Below are positions 53,761 to 64,000 of a stretch of DNA of 64,000 nt, one piece after another. The DNA is from Gnetum montanum. Its lineage: Eukaryota; Plantae; Gnetophyta. Both the position numbers and the translations under genes were made by a program. Below the pieces are notes generated by a model that saw only the letters and a list, made by a program, of their open reading frames with translations, made no database searches and was not told the origin of the DNA. How positions within the stretch are numbered: the first letter of the stretch is position 1; each line of letters begins with the position of its first letter. The stretch is from assembly GCA_015680685.1 (NCBI GenBank), contig MNCI01002059.1, positions 4,576-68,575 on the forward strand. Direction: 5' to 3'.

Positions 53761-56700
53761 GCATGACATTTTAACGGTGGGAGAGCTAGTGTAGGGACAC
53801 CTCTTTTGATCCCCTTGTTCTACCCTACATACTATGTGTCTTTTTATGTTGATTTTCTTAGGATGATTCTTTGATGTTTTAACATTTTTTGAAGTGTTTT
53901 TGGCTCATTTTGATGCATGTAGAAGGTTATAGCGTCTATGAGGACTTATTTGAAGGCATCTGAAGGCTCCTAACACCAAAATAAGAATTTTTATTTTTGG
54001 CACCTACAAGATAGATGTCTCCTTAGAGACATCTCTCCTAAAGTGTATATGTCCCAAGACTAGAGTAGACATCTACCAAAAATAGTAGGCATCTCTCTCA
54101 AAAGCTAGATTTTCATAGGAGATGTCTTAGAAAAGCTAGAGATGACCTAGACACATGGGGAAATTTCCGAAAATGCTAGTTGTAATTTGGAAAACAAACA
54201 AATCAATGTGGAAACAATCAAAGAAAGATGGAAATAGCTGGGGAGAAGGTGAGAAGACTTGGGAAATAGCTATAGAACCTTAGGTTAAGTTGAGGAAAGG
54301 TTTCTAGAATTTTTACAATCTAGTTGCTTATAAATATTGATGTAATTCACCATTGTTAGTGTTGAAGTGCCATGGACCATAGTGCTAAGTGCTAAAGTGC
54401 GAAGGGCCAAATTGGAAACATCAAAGGCCAAACATCCCAATAGAGGATAAGAGAGAGAGCTCTTGAGGGAAGAGAGCTTGCACAAGAAGAGAGCTTGTGC
54501 AATGAAGGAGAGCTTGTGCAAAAAGAGAGCTTGTACAAGGAAGTTGAGTGAAAGGCAAGGGAGAGCACTTGAGAGAGGTTAGGAGAATCTCTTATAAGTA
54601 TCTGTCTTAAGCTTGGGCTCCATTGTAAGCAATTGAGGATTAAGAGAGGATAATTATGGCCTCTAAGATCCTTGGGAGAGTTGTGAGTTGAGCTTGGCTC
54701 TTCATCTTTGATGTATTTTCTATGTATTTTGAGAATTATCTTAATATAAGGAAGATTTTCTCCATTTTATTATGTTATTATTAATTTCTAAGATAAATAT
54801 ACTTGGAAGTTATGGATTGGGTCCTATTGGGATCTATCAAGGTGCAACCCCTACATCAAAGGAAATTACCTAAAGCTAAAAATTAAGGCCTAAGACTCTA
54901 TGCAAAGTTTTAGTTCAAAAATGATTAAAGTAGAAAGATATTGAACAGGTAGTAATTACTATTTACTGCACCTCTAAGATAGGTTATTTTTTCTCCTTTT
55001 CTTAAATCAATTACATTTGTATATATATATATATATATATTTACATTTGCATTTAGAAAATTTGGGTCTTTGGAACTTCAAACCTTAAGTTTAAAGTGAT
55101 TTTTCCAAAAAAAAAAAACATTTAATCTTTTAATAGTTAGCTAGTTGTTGGGTTGTTGTTTGTTGAATAGTGCTTGGATTGTAGAATGTGAAAGTCAATC
55201 AAATGAAGGATTGTAGGTTATGTGAGGATAAGGTGCCAAAATTATGGTGAAGAATACTTAGCATTAATTCACTCTAACAAAGAAAGAAAACATTCTCATT
55301 TAAACATCAATCTCAAGAAATAATTATCATTACAAAAATCATGAATAACTTTAATCCTAGATCTACAAATTCTATGAAATATATTCTCTATTCTCTCTCT
55401 AAGAATTTGAGTTGAAATTCTATGAAATTTCTCTTGTAGTTCTACTTAAAACTAGTGTGAAAACAACTTTGGTTAATGGTTACAATAATTTCCAACTAAT
55501 TTTTGTGATCGAGTATGGGTTGTAGCTACTTGTCCTAAGAAGAATCTTCAAGTTCATCAACTACTATAGGATATTATGATTAGCAATCCCTCTAAACCAT
55601 TTCCAATGGTTGAGTATTTCAATCCAAATGGTAGAATAATTGAACTAAGTCAAAAGGATTCACAATGACTGTGACACAGGTGCAAGTCATAAGAGCTTGC
55701 ACTAATGGAATTGCCTTTCCGTTTTAAATTAAATTATGACTATGAGTAGCATGATGAAGGAAACTCTAAGCTATAGGATCATGCAAATCACATGAGCTAG
55801 AAATACCTTTTCTAATGTAGATACAACTTCTATAATACTACCACCTTTGTTTAAAGGTAAGTCCACTTGCTCTTTAGTTCTTTGATGTTATAATTCAACT
55901 CCTAATGACCATAATGAAACACCACCAAAATTGTAGGTTGTAGCCTTTATAATCCCCATCCCATTAAACTCCTAATGACCATAATGAAACACCACCATTG
56001 TAAATGTGAAGACTATAATCCATGAGGTGAAACCTCACATATTTTATACTTCTAGAGTTTAAAAATGCTTCATAAGTGATTAAAGCCTTAACCCCCAAGT
56101 GAAAAAAGTCATATGATGTCAATATTTGGGCTTTGGAGGGGGGAGGTGGGGGGTTGGGTAGGACATTAGAAATGCCTTTTGGGATGTCAAAATTGGCATT
56201 TTGACAAGTTTTATGGTGGGTATAACATTTTTCATCCTAGAGATACCTATTAGGGGATGTGGCCTACCTACCCTTAGCATTGGAGGGTAAGATATGAACC
56301 ATGCTCAATGTGGCCAGGAGGGGGAGGGTGTGTATAACCCTTATCCCTAGCATTTCCATTGCATCCCCCAATGTTGCTTTAGCATGGCCCAAGATTTTAG
56401 CATTACACCAAATTTAGTAAGGATCCTACATATTAATGTTGCTGTTAGAAGGCCTAGTGTGGGTGGAATAGCCACCAAGGTTGAAATTCTTGTTTACTAT
56501 TTTTAGTAAATAGAATTGCCATGGGGGTATAATACTTATCATACATAGTAACCCATTAGATTTGAACACCCACCACACATGCACATAGCTAGAATTTGCA
56601 ACAATCAAGTCAGAATTTGCAACATTAATCAAGCAAAATTTGCAGCCACTTTTATGGTCAAAACTCTATAAACCCCAAGCACTAAGACCATGAAAGGGTT

Positions 56701-57439
56701 TCAGACTTTGCAATTTTTAACAATTTTTCACATTCAAGAGCTCTTGCACACCTGCAAATATGCATCTTCTCAAATCCCTAGCATGGAACCTCCATAGCTA
56801 GTGTTATGCCCCTTTTAATTTTTTTGAGTTTTGGGTACCATGGATCTTCTTTGTAGAAAAACCCTCTCACACATCTCATCCCTTGCATCACTAACATTGT
56901 AGATTTGTGAAGAAGAGTTGTAAATCTCAAAAGCATTAGGAGTTTCAAAACCTCTAGATCATGGAGCTGGTTACCATAGTTTCAATGGATTTGAACCCCA
57001 TGAAAGTGAACCCCCTTGCTACTTTAGGCATTATTTTTTACACATTTTTTGAACCATTTTTTATTTTTGTTAAAATAAAGTTTGCAGTTTTATTTTTGTA
57101 CAAGATATATTTATTTTTTCCATTTTGTGCATTTATTTTCTCAAATCTACATTATATTTTTATTTTTCTACCCTTGTTTACATTTTTCAAGTCCCTAGGT
57201 GATCTGCCNGTTTTATTTTTCTACCCTTGTTTACATTTTTCAAGTCCCTAGGTGATCTGCCAAACTATCCAAGGCACCTCGAATTCTATTTTTTGGAGGC
57301 CCTTAGGATCTAGGTTTAAAGTTGTTTTACTAACTTTTTTTTTTTAGATTTCCAGCAACTAAGATTTTTAGTCACAATATTTTTCTGGCACTAGGAGGGC
57401 CTCCACCTAAGTTCTTTCTTGATTTAATCTACCTTTTTT

Positions 57440-58060
57440 TATCTACCACCAAGCCCCCAATGTGGATGTTTGGGCTTTAACAAAATTCATAGCAGTTGCT
57501 AGATTTTTGAAAGCTAGCATGGGTATCATACCCCCCCTTAGTATGGATGTTTGGGTTTTGGTAGAAAATTCATAGTAGTTGCTAGAAAGTTTTTAGCAAA
57601 GCCAATGTTGACACCTTGCCAAAACCAAAATAGAACCTTTGGAAAACAAACCAAATTTTTACTTTAATTTTTATCAAAAACTTTAAAACTTGCCAAAGGA
57701 TAACCCTCCAATGCTATGTAGGAGGATGTAAGATTTTTAATCTGACCACCCCTTATTTCCCCCTCTTCACCTTCAACGTGGGTGTTACAACCCCTAGTGT
57801 GGGTGTCATCCCATAGTGTGGATATTACCTCCCAACATGGGTGTTTGGGTTTTACCAGAAAATTCATAGCAGTTTCTAGATTTTATAAAGCCAACATGGA
57901 TGTGTGTCTTACCATCCCCCAACCCCCTCAGTGTGGGTGTTTGGATTTTGGCAAAAAATTCATAGTAGCTATTGAATTTTCTCAAGCCAACATGGGTGTG
58001 TGTCATACCATCCTTAGCTTTGGTGTCATACCCCTAGACCACCCAAACCCCTTGTTGTGA
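57440..58060. repeat. Degenerate ~90-bp repeats (about 4 copies)
   Basis: TGG(A/G)TGTTTGG..AAAATTCATAG.AG..CTAGA..GCCAACATGG at ~57460, 57543, 57838 and 57933. Confidence 0.75.
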
Positions 58061-58743
58061 ATTTTTTCTAGTAGGATTAACATTGTCAATTTTTTAAAAA
58101 CCTTATCTTTCGAAAAATTAAAGTTTCCACTTTGGATTTTATATCTTACCCCTTTCTTCCTCCTTTTTTCTCTCTCAATGTTGGTGTGGTTGATCAATCC
58201 AATGTGTTTGGGGTTTGATACCAACCTTTTTGCTATTTTAAGTAAAGGGGTACATCCCCTGATCAACAACTTACTATTTATAATCAATAAATCTTTTTCA
58301 GCCATTTTTGTACCCCTTTTAGCATTTTAAGAATTCCACTTGTTGGAATTTCTATTTTCTCTACTAATTTAGCCTTTGTTAAGCCAATTTTCAATATCTT
58401 TCACAATGTCTTTTAGCCAATCAACCATACTACCTCTTAACTTGACAAATATGGTATCTAGCCAAGATGCAGTTTGTGTTTATGACTTGAAAGACCCCAT
58501 GGTCATAGAATGAAGTAAATTACTTATGCAAAGAGAAAAAAATCAAGATTTTGTGGTTATTAATGAGGAGTTCTACTATAGCTTTCCTTGTGCCAAGATA
58601 CAAGCTAGTCTCTTGATACCATACTTTGAATCTGATGTTAAGCATTAATTTGAAATCATATGCTAGGATGGGAAAGAATACATTCCATCCTCTTATGACC
58701 AAATCTTGCTCATAGACTTTTATGCATAAATGCTCATATAACT

Positions 58744-60560
58744 TGATGAGTTGTGATATCAGACCCCTAATATCAGACCCTCGATATCGGGTACACGATA
58801 TTAGAGGTGCCAAAGCGATATCAGACATGTGATATCGAAGCTTGTCTCATTTCCTATAAATAAGAGATGAGGGCACTTGATTTCACAGTTAGTTTCGTAG
58901 TCCCTTACCCAAACTCTTGCAATTTTCCCTTTGCAGAGTTAGAATTATTTCTAAGTGTCTGCAATAGGAGTCATAAAGTGAACAGATCTTTATTCGAGCA
59001 TTGTGTGCCTGAGCACACCTTGTGTCTAGAAAGAAAGACAAACTTTGTGATAAACCTTGCACATTCAGAATAGCTTATTTATTGCATTTAATGTTATTTA
59101 TAGTAATTCAATGCTTTCGTTAGTTAATTAGCTATTTTATTAATTTGTTAATTTTCAACAAGTAAGAACACTCAATACGCCCACTTTGAGCATACATGGA
59201 ACACTTGGTAACCCAGTAACGACTAGCGTTTGGTAATCTTAGTAGTGTTACCCTAGTTTAAGATGTGTATGGAGAGTGGGAATAGATGCTAGTGTTAATA
59301 CTAGTTAGAACCTAGTTAATTAGTTAAATTAAATTAGTTACTTAATTATTTCATTTCTCCCTTTTTAGCACCAGGACATAAAACATAAAAATCATAAAAA
59401 TCATATACATCAAGTTTACTTAATCATACAATTGCACCATACAAGTAAGCTTGGGAAGGTAATGATCACCTATCCCATCCTTGTTTTGTGAAGGTGCATA
59501 AGCACTTAGTCCTTGGAGTTCGACCAGATCACGCGTAATGCTCGTATTGGTATGGTTGAGCATAGGGGTACCTTGCCACTCATCATTGGCACTGTTGCTA
59601 AGGACTTTGTTGTTTGTGTGTTGATTAGAACTTAGGAAATCTTTCCATCATTGCAATGAACCCTTAGGGTTAGTTATTTTACAATCATCAAAAAGAGAGT
59701 ATTGCACACTAAATAATCAATCATGTCTCCTTCTTCTTATGAGAGTGCTTCATTGCCTAGGTTTGACACCATGAACAATCGGAGGTGGAGTGTATAGGAT
59801 AATCCACAAATACCTCAATAGTTTCACTTGGTATACATTCATCCTGATGAGTATATACTAGAATTTACCCTTATCCTCCACTAGGATGAACAACTACATT
59901 GGCAGCATTTAGAAGATAACATAGTATTATCCCCCCATTGCTCAATCCCAAGCATGCTTCTTCGTGCTCTCACATGAATTGGTATGCAACACTTACAATC
60001 AGAGTACATTGTGCATGAACAAGATTTGAGTGATTATCAGCCCATAGAGGTACAACATCAAAGGAACCTACAACAGGAGAGACATTATAAATCTATGAAG
60101 GGAAAGTGGTCTCAAGATGTCTTGTATGTCATAAGTGACAACGAGGATGGTGAACCTGCCTTAGGAGGTTTTCCACATAATGATGTTCCTCTCGTTGACT
60201 TTGTTCAAGGAGTTGTGTATTAGAATCTTCACTCAACGATTCATAATCTAGGTTTTGATACCAATGGACACAAGGTCTGAAAAAGAAACATGAACACATG
60301 ATGATGGTAGACATTTCAATTGTAATCGTGGTTGAGGCTGTGACCACCAAAGAAAAAGTGATAGACACAATCATGGTGCCAATCCTCCTTCCTCTCCAAC
60401 TTCATTATCTCCTTCCCCCTCACCTTTGGGATTTGGACATAGTCACAAGGGAAAATACCCTGAGGATAATGATAGGTAAAATAGGAATCATAGATAAAAT
60501 AGTTGAGAAAGGGGATGAGGCTGTTCTAGAGAAACACACCACAAAAGGATGGAGAGTAGG
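58744..60560 (+). mobile_element. Athila-like element A3 (5' LTR 58744-59585, PBS 59587-59604, start of gag), interrupted by A4
   Basis: TGATGAG..ACTCATCA, then TGGCACTGTTGCTAAGGA; gag N-terminus homologous to A1/A2/A4. Confidence 0.85.
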
Positions 60561-63500
60561 TGATGGGACACGAGATCGCGTCCACCGCGATATTGCATCC
60601 ACCGTGATATTGTGTCCACCACGATATCACATCCCCCGCAATATCGCATACACGATATCGCATCTTCCCCTACGATATCGCATACGCGATATCACATTGC
60701 ATCACCAAATCTATAAATAAGAGGTGGCTCTCCCTTGTTTCTCATTCTAGATCTAGACCCTAGTGAAATTCTGGCAATTTTACCTCTTCAAAGATAGAAT
60801 ATTTTCCATGTGCCTGCAGTAGGAGTCCCAAAGTGAATGGATCATTATTCGAGCAAATATTGTACCTGAGCATAAGTTTGTGTACGGAAATAAAGATGAG
60901 CTTTTGGATAAACCTTGCAGTGCATGGACTAAGCTAAATAGGAATTTCATTATTATTATTTATTGTTGATTATTTAATTTCTTTATTAGTTAATTAAATC
61001 TCTCAACCCTTCTCTCATAGTTAAGCGCATTCAGTACGACCGCTTAGAGCACGTGCGTTACGCTTGGTAACCCCAGCAACGAATAGCGTTTGGTAATCCC
61101 AGAAAGTTGCATTGGCTTAGGGTGTGAACAACAAGTGGGAATGGATATTGATGCTAGGTTAATTAAGACTTAGCTAGTTAAAGTTAGTTAATTAGTCTCT
61201 TCACCTTTTCCCTCATTAGCATAGGTGATAAAACATAAAAGATATAAAAATCACATACCTCAGACTTAACCATACAAACGTGAAAAATACAAGTAAGTCT
61301 GGGAAGATAATGAACAATTAATCTTAAGTGTTCCATAAGGCATGTAGGCACTTAGTCTACGGAAGCTAGTTGGACCACATGTGTAACACTCGTATTTATA
61401 TGGTTGAGTGTAGGGGTACCTCACCACTCATCATTGGCGCCATTGCTGGGGACTAAGTGTTTGTGTGCTAAGTAGAACATAGGAAATCACTCATATCGTT
61501 GGGAGCTTAAATGAACCCTTAGGGTTAATTAAAAAAAATTATATAATGGTTAATTAGCACATTGAATAAGACACAATGTCTTCACCACCTAGGGATAACA
61601 CTAGAAATAGTTGGCAGCATCAAACACATAACCAAAATCCACCAGGTCCTCAAGAATTCAGTGTGGTGTACATCCATCATGATGAATATGTACCCAACTT
61701 TACCTTTGTCTTCCATCAAGATGAATAACTACGTTGGAGAGATTTAGAAGGTAACATAGTGTTACCTCCAGATAGAGCCACCCCCAACATGCTCCTTCGT
61801 GCCCTTGCACGAATTGACATGTCACAACTATAGGCTGAGTATGTTGCGTGTGATTACAACACAAGGGACTATCATCCCACAACAGCGCAACGTGAACGGG
61901 ATGAGCGGTAGGAGAGTTACCATACATCGATGAAGGGCAAAGGTCCTCGTAATGCTTCACTCATTATAAACCAAATTAAGAATGGTGAACCTATTCTCAT
62001 AGGTTCTCCATCAAATGATGTCCCCCCTCCTAATGGTGGTCAAAAGGTGGTGGTTCAGAACCTATGCTCCACGATCCACAACTTTGGTTCTAATCCCCAT
62101 GAACACCAAATGTTGAATGAGGGAACACAAACACATAAAAAGGGTGAACATTTTGATCGTCATCACTATCAAGGATGGCTCTCCTTCTTCTTCCCCTTCA
62201 TCACATCATTCACCCTCTCCTTCCACATCAGGATGCAATCACAAAGAGCACAACCATGAGGACAAGGTTAAGAAAGATGAGAAACCTTGACAAGAGAGTC
62301 AAGAGCAAGGACGAGGGCATTCTAGAGAGTCAAGGAATGGTAGAAGGGAAAGTAGGGAACAATGTAGACATCATAGACACCATGAAAGAGATGACAATGA
62401 TGAACCCCTGCTTGCTACCCAAAGTATGTTAGACATAATAGAGGTTGTGAGGATACCTACAAGGCATCAGAAAGATAGCCGGATCAAATGACTAGATATG
62501 AATCATATTCCCCAATTTGAGGGAGGATACAATGATGATCCACAAAATCACTTATAGGCATTTTATGATGCCTATGCCTTGCAAAATATTGAAAATGAGT
62601 GGCTGAAATTAAAGTTGTTTCCTAGGACACTCATCAAAGAAGCGGAAAGTTGGTATTGGTCCTTAGAACTGGAATCTATTAGATGATGGAGTACAATGCT
62701 AGAATTATTCAACAATAAATATCAAACGTACTCCAGAGTGTCCAACTTGTGTAAATAGATCCAAGGATGGAAACAAGGTAATCATGAACCCTTGGATGCT
62801 GCCATGGGATGATACTATGCATTGCTACATCATTGCCCGGGCCATGGGTACACACAACGGGATCAACTCCGCCACCTTGTAGATGGGCTAAGACATGAAA
62901 CTAGGAGAACCCTTGGGACTTATGCCCAAGAGAGATTATATGAACTTAGGTCCCATGAAGTGCATAGAATATTGAAGCAAATAAAAGAAGGGGAGCTATG
63001 GAAAAGAGAAAGCGCAGAATAATATAACCAAGATCCCTCCCTCCGAAAGAAGGGAGTAAGATTTTGCGATGAAGAGGATGAGTCACCACTTGAAGAGTTG
63101 GTGAATAGAAAAACCTTGCAACTTCAAAAGCTAACAACAGAAGTGTCAGCTAAGGGAGATGAAATATGGAGCTCCTTAGATAGTAAAAGTAAAACTATCC
63201 TGAAAATCATAGAGGAATCTAAGGAGGAACAAAGTAGTGACCACGATAAGAAAAAGAGGAGAGATTTAGACCCTGCACATAACAAGGGTAAGGGGAAAAT
63301 GACTATGGCTTATGAGGTTATGGATTAGATACAGAAAATGATGGTGGATGTGAGATCTGCCAATATGACCATCCTAAGGGATGTTGCCCAATAATCTCAC
63401 ATCTGCAGGAGTCTGGGGTGTATGCACTCAACCTAAGACTTAACAAGCGATAGGCACCCCGAAGGTTACCTTATCCCCAAGGTAACCCAAGACAGTTCCA

Positions 63501-64000
63501 CCAACCGTTAACGTACTATCCAAGTGGAACTCCACCACAACCCATTGGGCAACATCAGCAGTGGCAATACCCACGGTCATGGGGGATGCCACCGCCGAGA
63601 CAATAATAACCTTACCGGCAACCAGACCCGTATGGCTATTACGTGCAATAGCCGATTTCTCCAAGTGAATCTATGGGTCATGTGACTCCACAACATCACT
63701 ACCAGGTTTGGGAGTATTTTAGGACTCCTTCTCCCATAGGAGACACACCACAGACGTACCATTCTTTGAATCCATCCACCACTCATACACCGATAGTTCC
63801 ACTACCACCTACTCCAATGATGTAAGGGGAACTCCCCACTCAACTGTAGCAACGTAATGCTACAAGAGCTATAAACCTTCAACCCGCTGCTTCTTCTAAT
63901 AGTTGTGCAAAGAGAAGACTTTTCTTCAGAACCAGGAGTCCAAAAAAGCTCTCATAACCACAAGCAGTTGAGTCTATGACCACTCCTCCAACAAATAAGG
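60561..64000 (+). mobile_element. Athila-like element A4 (5' LTR 60561-61433, PBS 61435-61452, gag), runs off the window
   Basis: TGATGGG..ACTCATCA, then TGGCGCCATTGCTGGGGA; retains many CpGs, so probably the youngest copy. Confidence 0.9.
61576..64000 (+). pseudogene. gag: gag of A4
   Basis: IPQFEGGYNDDPQNHL*AFYDAYALQNIENEWLKLKLFPRTLIKEAESWYWSL. Confidence 0.8.

Larger units (their letters stand above)
50998..54858 (+). mobile_element. Non-autonomous CRM-like/LARD-like LTR element
   Basis: LTRs 50998-51981 and 53787-54858 (consensus TGGTGTAGG..CCTACATCA); TSD AATGA/AAGGA; PBS TGGTATCAAAGC at 51985; PPT GGTGGGAGAG; no pol motifs. Confidence 0.85.

Noticed and set aside
55021-55040. (AT)n microsatellite (also 28381-28398 and (TAGT)n at ~8945-8970)
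   Set aside because: Ordinary simple repeats.
57160-57261. ~48-bp exact direct duplication
   Set aside because: It flanks an N at 57209, so it is a probable assembly artefact.
60298-60720. 140-aa ORF and other short ORF-track entries as genes
   Set aside because: This ORF spans the A3/A4 insertion junction; most listed ORFs are off-frame or antisense shadows of decayed TE sequence.

Overview
This is an AT-rich, strongly CpG-depleted plant heterochromatic window with no recognisable host gene. It is almost entirely nested, decayed retrotransposons. (1) Four Athila-like Ty3/gypsy elements on + (1-9945 chimeric, 30536-40558, 58744->end, 60561->end), with TGAT..ATCA LTRs and an Asp-type PBS. 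(2) A chromovirus (Tekay/Del-like) on - (~10850-29749), interrupted by an RTE LINE, a solo LTR and a pol-less SIRE-like Ty1/copia element. (3) A Tat-like gypsy element (~40987-50330) with an extra RNase H between protease and RT. (4) A non-autonomous CRM-like element (50998-54858). All coding regions are pseudogenised. The most interesting signal is in three elements from two superfamilies. In each, the family-specific CpG-containing palindrome arrayed in the LTR U3 is arrayed again before a TATA box just upstream of an accessory ORF, which is retained although pol is lost. This suggests a self-targeting accessory-gene cassette (hypothesis: a sequence-specific activator/anti-silencer). The host is probably a large-genome seed plant, possibly a gymnosperm (inference from the RNase H position only). 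All calls were made by eye, and internal domain boundaries are approximate.
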